A DNA stretch of 64,000 nt from Macrostomum lignano (taxonomy: Eukaryota). Positions within the stretch are counted from its first letter, which is position 1. Every line of letters starts with the position of its first letter. The stretch is from the NCBI GenBank assembly GCA_002269645.1, contig NIVC01000073.1, forward strand, positions 434,001-498,000. Reading direction: 5' to 3'. The position numbers and the translations under genes are program-made. This document shows positions 26,860-40,259 of this stretch, one piece after another. A model generated the notes under the pieces. It was not told where the DNA came from, did not search any database, and saw only the letters and a list, made by a program, of their open reading frames with translations.

Positions 26860-28195
26860 TCAAGTCTACACCACCCTGAGAGTATCAACTCTACACCACC
26901 CTGAGAGTATCAACTCTACTCCACCCTGAGAGTATCAACTCTACTCCACCCTGAGAGTATCAACTCTACTCCACCCTGAGAGTATCAAGTCTACACCACC
27001 CTGAACTCTACACCACCCTGAGAGTATCAAGTCTACACCACCCTGAACTCTACACCACCCTGAGAGTATCAAGTCTACACCACCCTGAGAGTATCAAGTC
27101 TACACCACCCTGAGAGTATCAAGTCTACACCACCCTGAGAGTATCAAGTCTACACCACCCTGAGAGTATCAAGTCTACACCACCCTGAGAGTATCAAGTC
27201 TACACCACCCTGAGAGTATCAAGTCTACACCACCCTGAGAGTATCAAGTCTACACCACCCTGAGAGTATCAAGTCTACACCACCCTGAGAGTATCAAGTC
27301 TACACCACCCTGAGAGTATCAACTCTACTCCACCCTGAGAGTATCAACTCTACTCCACCCTGAGAGTATCAAGTCTACTCCACCCTGAGAGTATCAAGTC
27401 TACACCACCCTGAGAGTATCAAGTCTACACCACCCTGAGAGTATCAAGTCTACACCACCCTGAACTCTACACCACCCTGAGAGTATCAAGTCTACACCAC
27501 CCTGAACTCTACACCACCCTGAGAGTATCAAGTCTACACCACCCTGAACTCTACACCACCCTGAGAGTATCAAGTCTACACCACCCTGAGAGTATCAAGT
27601 CTACACCACCCTGAGAGTATCAAGTCTACACCACCCTGAACTCTACACCACCCTGAGAGTATCAAGTCTACACCACCCTGAACTCTACACCACCCTGAGA
27701 GTATCAAGTCTACACCACCCTGAGAGTATCAAGTCTACACCACCCTGAGAGTATCAAGTCTACACCACCCTGAGAGTATCAACTCTACTCCACCCTGAGA
27801 GTATCAACTCTACTCCACCCTGAGAGTATCAACTCTACTCCACCCTGAGAGTATCAAGTCTACTCCACCCTGAGAGTATCAAGTCTACACCACCCTGAGA
27901 GTATCAAGTCTACACCACCCTGAGAGTATCAAGTCTACACCACCCTGAGAGTATCAAGTCTACACCACCCTGAACTCTACACCACCCTGAGAGTATCAAG
28001 TCTACACCACCCTGAACTCTACACCACCCTGAGAGTATCAAGTCTACACCACCCTGAGAGTATCAAGTCTACACCACCCTGAGAGTATCAAGTCTACACC
28101 ACCCTGAGAGTATCAAGTCTACACCACCCTGAGAGTATCAAGTCTACACCACCCTGAGAGTATCAACTCTACACCACCCTGAACTCTACACCACT
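26860..28195. repeat. Intergenic 25-bp minisatellite (CTGAGAGTATCAAGTCTACACCACC) interspersed with 17-bp deletion variants
   Basis: Read directly; the variant unit CTGAACTCTACACCACC recurs. Confidence 0.96.
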
Positions 28196-28919
28196 CCAGA
28201 AGCCAACTCCAAATGATTCTAAGTTCTGAACTAAACAGATTCTTACCTCTATATATGCACTTCCCTAATTAACTCCTTCCTAAAACTTACTTAACTAAAT
28301 AACCTTCATTCATAGCAGAGACCAAGTTCATGAGACAATTATTTTACTTGGAACGGTTAAATTTTGTTTTAATCAAATCTCTTGCTTATAAATAGCTACA
28401 TTATCTGGGTTGTCACTTTAGTCAAACAGTTTTTAAATAAAAATACACAGAAAAAGGTTTCATTGATCCCACTTGATAGTAAGGATAAATATTTCGTAGG
28501 CTAATTGAATTTTTTGTTGAATAAATATTTTTCTTTTGTTTGGAGCTGTTACGTACATGTCTGTTAAGACTGACAGTCCTGCACACAATGATAGAAGTCA
28601 GCTCAAAGTAGTTTGAATATACGAAGTCAATTACGTTTTGGTAAAGAAACTGACAGTTACAGAAAAGCTTTTACAACACCATAAGACAAGGAGAATGGGT
28701 TTGATAAACAAGTTGACAGAAAATAGGAGTATTATAACATAGATGTGAATAAGCATTATGATAAAGCTAGGGTTCTACTACGAGTGAACACATAAGTTTC
28801 GTAAATCACGCCTAGTAGAAACAGTTAGACAACAAAAAAGGTTGTGATGGACACAGAGCTTCGTAGTTCATGTCCTTATAAAGGGTGCTAAAGTGTCTGG
28901 TGCTGCTGGCACCTCGGGA

Positions 28920-29700
28920 GATAAAGCCCCTGGTGCTGAAGCCTCTGGTTCTGAAGCCCCTTGGTGCTAAAGCCACTGGTGCTAAAGCCCATGGTGCTGA
29001 AGCCCCTGATGGTAAAGCCCCTGGTGCTAAAGCACATGGTGCTGAAGCCCCTGATGGTAAAGCCCCTGGTGCTAAAGCACATGGTGCTGAAGCCCCTGAT
29101 GGTAAAGCCCCTGGTGCTAAAGCACATGGTGCTAAAGCACATGGTGCTAAAGCCCCTGGTGCTAAAGTCCATGGTGCTAAAGCCTCTGATGCTAAAGCCC
29201 CTGGTGCTAAAGTCCATGGTGCTAAAGCCCCTGGTGCTAACGTCCATTGTGCTAAAGCCCCTTGGTGCTAATTAAAGCCACTGGTGCTAAAGCCCCTGGA
29301 GCTGAAACCTCTGGTGCTGAAGCCCCTTGGTGCTAATTAAAGCCACTGGTGCTAAAGCCCCTGGTGCTGAAGCCTCTGGTGCTGAAGCCCCTTGGTTCTA
29401 ATTAAAGCCACTGGTGCTAAAGCCCCTGGTGCTGAAGCCTCTGGTGCTGAAGCCCCTTGGTGCTAAAGCCCATGGTGTTAAATCCCCTTTGGTGCTAAAG
29501 CCACTGGTGCTAAAGTCCATGGTGCTAAAGCCACTGGTGCTAAAGTCCATGGTGCTAAAGCCCCTTGGTGCTAAAATCACTGGTGCTAAAGCCCCTTGAT
29601 GCTAAAGGCACTGGTGCTAAAGCCCATGGTGCTAAAGGCACTGGTGCTAAAGCCCATGGTGTTGAAGCCCCTTCGTGCTAAAACCCCTGGTGCTGCTGGC
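28920..29700. repeat. About 15-bp minisatellite (GGTGCTAAAGCCCCT and variants) downstream of the GPCR
   Basis: Read directly; explains ORFs 28885..29271 and neighbours. Confidence 0.92.
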
Positions 29701-29866
29701 GCACCTGGCTCTCTAATTGCTGTGCTGTATGATGGCTACCCCACAAGCATACATTATATTTCCCACATTCATTGTGTACTTCACATCGTACATGTATGTA
29801 TTACGTTGAAATTTTCTGTCTTGAAGGTTAGACAAATGATCAATCACCAGTTTGTCAGTCCCAGTT

Positions 29867-32214
29867 TTACAGCACTGTGTCACAGCTGTTGTCCTGGGTA
29901 GTTGCTTTTCCCTTCCGCTTGTTGTTGGTTTTATTAATTTTTTTAGCTCGAACTGGCGGCCTCGGCATGGCGACGTACCCCGCGGAGTCGTCCGAGTCGC
30001 CAGTATTTTGAACTTTATCCTTGCAGTTCCTGTCGGAATGTTTGTAGCCTTCGACGTCGGCGCGGTCCTCGTAGGATCGGCGATTGTTTTTCGTCAGAGC
30101 GCGACAGCAACAGCAGAAAAGTCTTTCACATTCGAAACGGAGAGCTGTTCTCAGCCGCGGCAGGAAGGTGGCGTAGATCACCGGATTGACTACGGCGTTG
30201 ATGTTCACTAAAAACAGCGTCACGTTGTAGAAAAACGACTGGTAGTTGTTCGCGATGATGTTAAACGATATCAGAACGTAGTTAGTTTGATTGGTGACGA
30301 AGCATAAAACGTAGGCTGCTCCAGCGATCATAAAGGTCTTGATGAGCACTCGAGATGCGGCCAGTTTCTTTGATTGAGCATCCGACGGCAGGCAGAACCG
30401 GCTACGGCGTCTCAGCACTAGGATCATGCGGCCGTAGCAGAAGCACATGATCAGCAGCGGCAGGAAAAACTTCAAGCTGTAGTTGATGACTCCGTAGGAC
30501 AGAGCGACAGATGCAGAGATAAAGCCTGTGAGTGCGCAGCAAGTCCCGTAGCGACCTCCGCGACCGACGTCCATGAAAATCTTCCACTGATGAGCGACGC
30601 CCAGGAACCACATCAGGATGCAGGCCAGTTTCACCTTCCAGAGCTGACGCCGCACCATGGGCTTCACGATGGCCAAGTAGCGTTCAATGGTGATCAGCTG
30701 GAGGTTGAACTGCGGACAAACGAGGGAGTTTTACTTTTGGCTTTCTAAGAGATTGCCTCGTGCATGCGCTGGAATTCTAATTAGAGGAGGCTGCAGCTCT
30801 CAGAAGCACCAACTTTTGGTGTCTTGGTGAGCGCGCCCTGTCTCTTGGTGAGCGCGTTCTGTCTCTTGGTGGGCGTCCCTGTCTCTTGGTGAGGGCCCCT
30901 GTCTCTTGGTGAGGGCCCCTGTCTCTTGGTTGGCGCCCCTGTTTATTGGTGGGCGCCCCTGTCTCTTGGTGGGCGCGCCTTGTCTCTTGGTGGGCGCCCC
31001 TGTCTCTTGATGGGGGCGGGCGCCCTGTCTCTTGGTGGGCGCCCCTGTCTCTTGGTGGGGGCGGGCGCCCTGTCTCTTGGTGGGCGCCCCTGTCTCTTGG
31101 TGGGCGCCCCTGTCTCTTGGTGGGCGCCCCTGTCTCTTGGTGGGCGCCCCTGTCTCTTGGTGGGCGCCCCTGTCTCTTGGTGGGCGCCCCTGTCTCTTGG
31201 TGGGCGCCCCTGTCTCTTGGTGGGCGCCCCTGTCTCTTGGTGGGCGCCCCTGTCTCTTGGTGGGCGCCCCTGTCTCTTGGTGGGCGCCCCTGTCTCTTGG
31301 TGGGCGCCCCTGTCTCTTGGTGGGCGCCCCTGTCTCTTGGTGGGCGCCCCTGTCTCTTGGTGGGCGCCCCTGTCTCTTGGTGGGCGCCCCTGTCTCTTGG
31401 TGGGCGCCCCTGTCTCTTGGTGGGCGCCCCTGTCTCTTGGTGGGCGCCCCTGTCTCTTGGTGGGCGCCCCTGTCTCTTGGTGGGCGCCCCTGTCTCTTGG
31501 TGGGCGCCCCTGTCTCTTGGTGGGCGTCGGCCCCCTGTCTCTTGGTGGGCGTCGGCCCCCTGTCTCTTGGTGGGCGCCGGCCCCCTGTCTCTTGGTGGGC
31601 GCCCCTGTCTCTTGGTGGGCGTGCCCTGTCTTTTGGTGGGCGCCGGCCCCCTGTCTATTGGTTAGCGGCCCCTGTCTATTGGGGGGGGGGGGGGCGCCAA
31701 ATCCAAGCCACATCAAAGAGGTGGCAAAAGTTGAGTTCCTGTCATTCGTCCAGCTTGGCTGCTTGTATCTGAAGGATTTTTGAGTAGAGTGATTGGGGGC
31801 CGGGGTAAACAGTGACAACACCGATAGACTTACGGTGCTGGCATTAATCAGCACCCACATAGCGCTCTGGGTGTACCAGATATGACAGACAATGCTGCCA
31901 ATTAGGTTAGCTGGCACTCTATTCGGCAGGTAGACAGTTGACCATTTAGCACCAGCTACACAGTTCAGTATTAAATCAATGCTGGACTGGTTGATCACCA
32001 AAATCCTGGGATTTTTACTCATGTGCATTCGATTCAATCCTAACAGCCAAATCACTGCGGCATTTAACAGGATGCCAGCGATAGACACGATCAGGTAAAT
32101 CCAGGGTGCCAAGCTGCTGAACCAGTCGCTCTGATTGAAGGTGTCCGTGTACTCTTTCATGCACTGGATCGGCTGCAGCTCTGAGGAATTTGTCAGCCCG
32201 TCTGTGTCTGACAT
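29867..32214 (-). CDS. Orphan rhodopsin-family (class A) GPCR; 2 exons (32214-31834, 30709-29867), about 407 aa
   Basis: TM1 (GILLNAAVI), TM2 (NQSSID), ECL1/TM3 Cys (IVCHIW), spliced TM3 NAST|FNLQLITIERYLAIVKP, TM5 FFLPLLIMCFCY and TM7 VNPVIY. Phase-0 GTAAGT/CGCAG intron. Confidence 0.9.
30830..31680. repeat. 20-bp GC-rich minisatellite (TGGGCGCCCCTGTCTCTTGG) in the GPCR intron
   Basis: About 40 copies, with a perfect core and degenerate edges. Confidence 0.96.
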
Positions 32215-32429
32215 GGCTTTGTTTGACTGAGCGATGCTGACTGTTCAATCTCTGGGAAGCTGAGCTAGCGCCTTCATCTTTGTTGCAGACTGTTTTTATG
32301 TTTTAGTGCGATCTGGTGCTCTTCTTGCGTCTGTTGGCTTGGGATTCTAAACCAATCAGGATGGAAGGAGAGACAAATACAAATAGTGTGAGCTTATGTG
32401 ATTCTGTCTCGGTGCCTGTTATGTGTATA

Positions 32430-32800
<371 letters not shown>

Positions 32801-33294
32801 TCTTACAAACTGACTGATTGAATTTAAGCCCTCAACGCAACAGAGTTAAAGCGAAATTTGTCTCCATTTGTTCATGGCCTTGTTCGATTCAGTGCATCAG
32901 AAAAGACCTCTCGGTACCTCATTGTTGATCCTCTTCAATTTGGTAACAAAGCTCTCAGAAGGTTCAAAGGACATGCCAGGTGAACTAAGGTAAAGAGTGT
33001 TGAACAATAAAATCCTAAGACCATGCAGCTGCGCGGGTACTCAGCTTTTGAAGAAACACCGATAGAACAAAAGCTTAAGCTGAACAAGCTCTCCGGGAGG
33101 AATTGGTGCTGCTTGTTTAGTGCGGACTTGCCGAGCTGATGCACACGTGCATCGGTTTCTCCTCTGCCGATTGTTGCTTCAAAGTTAGCTGTAAGGAGAA
33201 AGGTCTCGTTGGTTGGGCTGCTGTTCTTGAAGACAACGACTATGAAACGCAAAAGTAGCTAATGAAATTAAATAATATTTACTGCGTGAATATA

Positions 33295-33590
33295 TTGCAT
33301 AACAATAACCCATCACACATGTTACAATGGCCAGATGTGCAACCGACAGCTCAGCCGCAGCTATTGCGCGGCGCATCTGAAGGCTGCGTACGGCTGTTCA
33401 GTCCAAGGACTGGAGGGGGTCGCCACAATTACCCCAGCTAATGCTGGCACCCATTTTACAGCTGGGTGAACTGAAGCAATGCAGAGTTAAGTGCCTTGCT
33501 CAAGGACACAGTTGTTCCGAGTGGGTCAAGAATCGAACCCTCGACCTTTCAGTCGAGAGACCGACGCTTTGACCACTAGGCTGCGCACTC
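33295..33590 (-). mobile_element. SINE family 1, copy B
   Basis: Reverse complement of the 4996-5305 element (CAGATGTGCAACCGACAGCTCAGCCGCAGCTATTGCGCGGCGCATCTGAAGGCTGCGTACGGCTGTTCAGTCCAAGGACT... through the B and A boxes). Confidence 0.85.
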
Positions 33591-33984
33591 GACATTTTTT
33601 GGTCGACTGCCTTCTCTCTGTCTTGAGGCCTTACCCTTTTTTACGTAGCTAGCATCATTTTCAATGAGCTTCTTTTATTTCAGCTTCAACAAAGCGACAT
33701 TGTTTGCCTTTGAAAACCGATCTGTGGGTTGAAAGTTGCTAGCTTAAATGTGGCCAAAGAAATTTTTTTTCAGAGATTCGATTGCTTGCTGAGAAATGGA
33801 ACATTTGACGCTTTAAATACCGTATCAGTTATCAATCAAGCCTTATTTCATGGATAGAATGTGATATATCTTCCTCGATATTAAATGGCGCTACTTGTGT
33901 TTCAGGTGGAGGGTTGGAAAATGATCCAGCCTTCTAAATTTAATTAGCCACCAATTTAAAATTTGCTTCTCAACGATGCATATA

Positions 33985-34414
33985 TAGCTTTTTGCGTTCT
34001 AGTTTGGACTGCGGGCTTTTAATTTGGACACAGAAGACAAGAAGATCAAAGTTAAGAACGACAGTAATCAGTTTTTGAGGGTAGGTTATTGACCTGTATA
34101 TTTGACCCAAACATTGAACTTATCCAAACCGTTAGATACAATTTTCTAAAACTTTAAACTTTAAGACTCTTGCATTGTCAGAGCCTGTTTCTTCCTTCTA
34201 AAAAACTCGTCGTGTACTTTGTGCGCTGGCTCAAGAAAAAACATGCAAGAGAAAGGGGAAGGAAAAGACTGTCCAAATTTGTGCCCGCTGTCGAATTTAA
34301 AAGCCCATCAGTTGCTTCTGGTTTGTGCCATAGACTAGCCAGCATTCTCTGGGCTTTGCTGAACTTTGTGTCCAAATTAAAAGCCCGCAGTCCAAACTAG
34401 AACGCAAAAAGCTA
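33985..34414. mobile_element. MITE, 430 bp, with 48-bp perfect TIRs and TA flanks
   Basis: 33985-34032 (TAGCTTTTTGCGTTCTAGTTTGGACTGCGGGCTTTTAATTTGGACACA) is the exact reverse complement of 34367-34414. TA flanks both sides, and there is no coding capacity. Confidence 0.85.
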
Positions 34415-34559
34415 TATTTTACTAGGGTATATATCGACTGCGGGGACCGCAGGTTTTATATACACTCGTAACCTCAGATGGGCCACTCAGAGCGAAAACG
34501 CCGAGGTTAAGACCATAGACTATAGCTTCAGCTGCTCTCAATGCATGGAGGAAAGAATA

Positions 34560-34965
34560 GAATGGAGTGCTAATTTGGTCCAAACGCTCGTGAGCCATTC
34601 TTTAGTCGCTTTTCTAGAGCTCTACTCGTAGTCGAAATTTGATAACCAACTGGAAACTGTTCCTTCAACACTTCTGCTGCATTGTTGGCAATTTCAACAA
34701 AGGGTTTCTCAACTGCATCAAGTAGCAGTTGGATCGGAGGCTCTCGCAACTAGCCTTGGCGATTGCCACCCTTTCGCAGGCGATCTCTGCCGCCAGTGGT
34801 TTCAACACGCTGCTGAATGCTGTAAAGCATATTTTCTTTTACATTCAGCAATATTGCAATGTCATTTGGGTGTTCACCTCTGCTCAGTGCTTCGATCACA
34901 AGCCAATGGCATTCGTTCGACAGCCCAGCATATGGTCCACAATTCTGGGGCTGATCTTGCTCCAC
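34560..34965 (-). pseudogene. Possible decayed Tc1/mariner-type transposase HTH fragment
   Basis: VIEALSRGEHPNDIAILLNVKENMLYSIQQRVETTG resembles a paired-like HTH of Tc1-type transposases. It is interrupted by stops and no TIRs were established. Confidence 0.3.
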
Positions 34966-35997
34966 CGCAACAGCTGCAAATGAAGCAAATGGACCAACTT
35001 AAATGCCGCTGTGCCAGCCTTGCTACCATAGACAAAAGCTCCGTGACACTGGCAAAAGTTTCTTGGACTAAATTCAATGCGTGCTGGGACAACTCAGTCA
35101 TAATCATGGTGAAAAATTGATTTTTTGTTCCAACCAACCAACCAAATTGACTTCGATTGAATTAGTTTCATTTTTAGCCACAAATTCTGTTGCTAGTCTA
35201 GCTAGATGTTCTGCAACTGTACTTAGTCACATTATTCTATCATTGAACTTTGAGTCATACAGCGATTCAATCATTGAACTTCAATTATAAGACTCCTGTG
35301 TGTCTATCAGATAGAATACAGAATCATCTTACAGGCTTAAACGTGACTCGGTGGAAGTCGCAAAAGTTTCCCGGAAAAAATCCAATTTCGCTACTCAAAT
35401 CAAAGTGACTCTTGAAAAAAAGGCAAGAAAATAATTTAGCTCATGAACACGGTTGCATGCGATGCTTCTGTTTGCGTGACATCCTTTTGCGTATTTTCTG
35501 GCAGCTGGGTCTGGCAGCTCAGTCCTCAGGAAGACGAGCTCCGATGTTTTTTAACCTTTCATGTAATTTCGCCTTTTTAGAGCTCAAAAAAGACAAAGTA
35601 TCGAAAATCTGATGGGTTGATTTTCCTAGCTGAACAGAACGCTGTTGAAGTTGAAGTGGTAAAATCATAACATGTTTTTGTTTATACGAGTGCGCAGTTG
35701 ACTGCGCGTGCAGCTCACCACACCAGTCTTAAATAACGCATTTAGCAGGGCACCTATCATCACCTATATAGTAGTCGTATGTACATGCACTCGTACTCGT
35801 AAGGCGTAACGCCTTCCGCGACATACTTCCGCAACCATTCCGCTGTCTCCCTGAGCACATACAAGCGCACTTATACTGTGCACAGGCAAAGTAATAGACT
35901 CAAAATAATTTCGCAAACTATAAATTTTAATTGCAGACTTATTACTGCAACTAAACCTTAAACAACGTAAATTAAATGATTTTTCAAAGTTATCATG

Positions 35998-36319
35998 CCA
36001 ATAATAATAATAATAATTGATTACACCTGCACTTATGGGCAGATGTGCAACCGACAGCTCAGCCGCAGCTATTGCGCGGCGCATCTGAAGGCTGCGTACG
36101 GCTGTTCAGTCCAAGGACTGGGGGGTCGCCACACACAGCCTCAATTACCCCATGCAGCCAATGCTGGCACCCTGTATATATTTTACAGCTGAGTGAACTG
36201 AAGCAATGCAGAGTTAAGTGTCTTGCTCAAGGACACAAATTGTTCCAGTGAGACCGGGAATCGAACCCCCGACCTTTCAGTCGCGAGTCCAACGCTCTAT
36301 CCAATAGGCTACAACCCCC
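35998..36319 (-). mobile_element. SINE family 1, copy C
   Basis: Same body as copies A and B, with a (TAA)n tail at 35998-36016 and head GGAATCGAACCCCCGACC...CTCTATCCAATAGGCTACAACCCC. Confidence 0.85.
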
Positions 36320-37308
36320 TCATGTCTTATGCCAAACAAGGACTACTATAAATTTCGCATGGAGCGACACAATAAAGAATGCGTAAATTCGGGTCAATCT
36401 TTGATCAAGCTTTATTGGTAGCAAAGAATTTTCAAGGGCGGGTTGGTTTTTTGGCGTCTGGATGCGGTGATCGGCCCACGAATTTGGCTACATTTTTCGA
36501 ATTGTCTATGGTCAAAACAGGACTTTCAGAGAATGATCAGGCCATTAAGCAGAGGTCATTACCGTGAAGTGACATTTCGATCAATGGCGTAAATACGTTA
36601 AATTTTTAACTACGCTCCTATAGGTAGTTCAAATAGTGTTTTTTAAAATCAGCGTAAGTAATCGAAAAATTAATCATTTCTGCTAAAGTAGTTTTGATTT
36701 CGAATACGAATTTATTCAATCTCAGCCTAATAAATGGTATATATTCCCCATTTATTTTGTTGTCTAGCGGGCAAAAGCAAGAGGTGTCTCGTTTATTAAC
36801 CGAGGCGAAGCCGAGGTCAATGATCGAGACACCGAGTGCTTTTGGCCCTAGACAGCTAAATGAGTGGGGAATATGATATGTATCCCCCGTTCGTTGTCTA
36901 TGGTTGTTGTCTCGAATTTATCAGCCCGCGGGGCAGCGGGAAATAAATGATTTATTCACCTAGGGAAATAAATGAAAACATGCGTCTCATAGACACTCGC
37001 CCGGGGCAAAAGGGGGATACATCACTCAATCTTTGAAAAAAATGGTCAAGTTTTACAAATCAAATTATGAGTAGCCAGCTCAAGTCTACCGACTTTAGTA
37101 GGGATTTAAGACACATTGCAAAGATAAAAAAAGCTCGATTCTCTGCTGAAAAAATATTGCTTTATGAGTTCATTCGCAACTGTTGCATTTAAAAGTATGT
37201 TGTAAATTCTATACAGATATGACCATAGTTGCCAGCTGCTTGTCATCCAGACTACTCAATAAGTAGTTAACAGCGATTATTGACAGATTAGCGATCAGTG
37301 AAAATTTT

Positions 37309-39205
37309 TCACAACCGACTGGTGGCAGAGGCGGTGGCGGCGACGGCTGCGGCTGCAGAAGCGGCCTGCCAGTCTTTGACTGCACTCACGGGATAGGCGG
37401 GACTGTTCTCAATCACCATCAGCTCGGGATCACGACGACCGCTGGAGCCGGTTCTGTCCAACGTAGAGCTCCCCATCGCTGGGTTGCTAAGCAACAGCTC
37501 GCCAAGCAGGATGGCGTAGGGAATCTCGCACAGCAGGCTGGTTAAATGAACAAACACCGTTGCTACTAGCAACCAGAATGCGAAGCCTCGACCAACTTCG
37601 GTGACCTCCTCGGGTCCCAGCGGGCTGCCAGCTCGGGCGAACTGCTCCAACGCGGCGTTGAGGCTCTCCGGTTCAGCTGCCAGGCGCTTCATGCCGATCT
37701 CGCCGGAGGCAAGGCACAGGATCTGGGTCACCACGGCGGTCAGCTGGAGTCCCGCGTCAGCTGACACTGCGCGAAATGAGACCCGCAGTCGGGTTGATAG
37801 CACAACGGCCAGATGGCAGACCAGACTGCAGAGGGACAGGCCCAGCGACAGGCCCAGGGTCACCGCCGCGGTGCGCCACTCGATTCGGTCTGGTGGAGAT
37901 TGACAAACAGGGTTTCTGTAGGTTGCAACCTCTTTTCAGTAAGTTTCTGTGGGTTGCAGTCTCTATCCAGTAAGTTTCTGTAGGTTGCAACCTCTTTTCA
38001 GTAAGTTTCTGTAGGTTGCAATCTCTATTCAGTTAGTTTCTGTAGGTTGCAATCTCTATTCAGTAAGTTTCTGTAGGTTGCAATCTCTATTCAGTAAGTT
38101 TCTGTAGGTTGCAATCTCTATTCAGTAAGTTTCTGTAGGTTGCAATCTCTATTCAGTAAGTTTCTGTAGGTTGCAACCTCTTTTCAGTAAGTTTCTGTAG
38201 GTTGCAACCTCTTTTCAGTAAGTTTCTGTAGGTTGCAATCTCTTTTCAGTAAGTTTCTGTAGGTTGCAATCTCTATTCAGTAAGTTTCTGTGGGTTGCAA
38301 TCTCTATTCAGTAAGTTTCACTCAGTCTCTTAACCTCCTACTGCTATGTCGAGAAGTCGCCCAATAAAAGTACGCGATATGATTCGATCTTTACCAGTTG
38401 CCAGCAATGCTCCTAGAGGAGTATTCTTGGAGTTGCTTCTACCGATCAAACGGGAAGAGGCAGGAATTTCCTGCAGACTGAGAATAACTTTTCTATCCCA
38501 CTTCGAACCTCCACTTCTCAGCAAGTGGAACTTTGTGACTATTAGATTTTTTGCCGGGAATTTCTCGGCGGAACTCGAAGCCAGACCAGTTTTCATATGG
38601 CCATTGCTGGTGCAATAAAATCAGCTTCATCAACCTGCTCAGCTGTACTTATACCCTGAAAGCTCCCTGCTTTGGAGTCTCTCACTCGATCTTTTCTTTT
38701 CTTTCTTATACTCAATTTCGCTGTTTCCCGTCTAATTCCTTGTCACTCACATTCCTCCGTTTCTCCTCTCACCTCTCCCTCTCAATCTCACCCTCTCCCT
38801 CTCCCTCTCACATCCCTCTCACCCCTCTTTCTCCCTTTCCTTCTCAACCTCACCCTCCCTCTCGCTCCTCCTCTCCTCCTCCATCTCAATCTCCCTCTCG
38901 ATCTCCCTCTCCCTCTCAACCTCACTTTGCAGATCTCCCTATCAGTCTCCAGCCTCACCATGCACCACAGCGCTGCCAGGAATGAGCACCCGTTTGCTTC
39001 TCTCGTCGGCAATGTCCAGCACCACCTGAGAGCTGAACACGCCGATCTGCCAGTTCGCTCTGCGGATATTGCTGGCTGGATTGAGGCCGATGGCAACGGT
39101 GCAAAACTGCTGCACAATTCCGATGACCATGAGCAGGCAGTGACCGACCAGATTGCTGACAGATGCTGAGCAGTACATTGCCCAGGCTACTTGGTTGAAT
39201 CGCAT
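37309..39205 (-). CDS. Four-TM membrane protein of claudin/PMP22/clarin-like topology; 2 exons (39205-38959, 37889-37309), about 275 aa
   Basis: Four hydrophobic segments and WQIGVF in the first loop (reminiscent of the W-GLW motif). The phase-1 GTGAGG/CACCAG intron joins VVH|DRIEW. The start is uncertain because the frame is open up to 39343. Confidence 0.6.
37915..38320. repeat. 31-bp minisatellite (GTAAGTTTCTGTAGGTTGCAATCTCTATTCA) in the tetraspan-gene intron
   Basis: About 13 copies. Confidence 0.95.
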
Positions 39206-39359
39206 TGCTGATTTATTGATAATTTTTGCCGGTTTTAATGGCCAATCTGGATTGCGTCTGCTGCTTTCCAACGATTCTGCAAATTGAAATCGAAGTAGTC
39301 TGATGTTATTGCGTAATTCTAACTGAGCGAATTTGATAGGCAACTAGTGAGACTGAGGT

Positions 39360-39650
39360 GGGAAAGTGAAAATAAGAAGACAGTGAGAGAGAGACAATGA
39401 GAGAGAGACAGTGAGAGGGAAAACAGTTAGAGGGAGAACAGTGAGAGGGAGACAATGAGAGGGAAAACAGTTAGAGGGAGAACAGTGAGAGGGAGACAAT
39501 GAGAGGGAGACAGTGAGAGGGAGACAGTGAGAGGGAGACAGTGAGAGGGAGACAGTGAGAGGGAGACAGTGAGAGGGAGACAGTGAGAGGGAGACAGTGA
39601 GAGGGAGACAGTGAGAGGGAGACAGTGAGAGGGAGACAGTGAGAGGGAGA
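39360..39650. repeat. 12-bp repeat (GACAGTGAGAGG)n
   Basis: Read directly. Confidence 0.93.
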
Positions 39651-40259
39651 CAGGATATAGTAGACACAAGGCAAAATCAAACAGAATTATTCACCATAGG
39701 CCGGCAAGTCGAGCCAATCTTCAACAGGGTCCTATATATACGAGTTCCTTTGCCAGGTAAAACATATTACCCGAAGGTACAGTATAAAAAGAAAAAACCT
39801 TGATGAAGTTGGGTGCTTCACGAAAGAAGTCGCTTCGATCCAAGTGCCTGTCGCAACGCGGGGGGGCACACACACATAGAGCCTGTCGCAAAAGCAAAAA
39901 GAAGCAGGATGTCTGGGGACACACAAAAAACATACAGAGACGGAGAGCCGGGAGAAAACTTTAACTTCGTAGTCGTTGCCTTAGCGGCCTGTTTATATAT
40001 AGATCTGTCGACCGCTTTGGCCGCTCTCTGTGCTAGCTTGGGTGGGGGGATTTTTATACTTTTCTGGGTCCAGCTGCCACAGCCAGACTGCGGCTTATAT
40101 CACCAAGGAGAACTGGAAGTTGAACTTGAAATGGCGAATCAGCCCCCCCCCCCTACCACCACGCCAGCCACTCATTTTTTTCAGACTAGTCTGAATCCAG
40201 GGGGTCCAAGGGGGTCATATGACACCCTCCTTTGAGAAAATCTGAGGGTCGGGATGGTG

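Noticed and set aside
28885-29700. GAKAPGAKAHG repeat ORF resembling collagen or elastin
   Set aside because: A 15-bp array with frame-breaking indels and TAA-containing variants, with no signal peptide or non-repeat domain.
30926-31833. Repeat ORFs and the C-terminal read-through of ORF 30943..32214
   Set aside because: The GPCR splices out at 31834 and resumes TM3 at 30709, so the rest is intron.
38330-38660. ORFs 38330..38596(-) and 38346..38618(+) as an extra exon of the tetraspan gene
   Set aside because: Every candidate phase-1 acceptor tested leads to an in-frame stop, and exons 38959 and 37889 join directly in phase.
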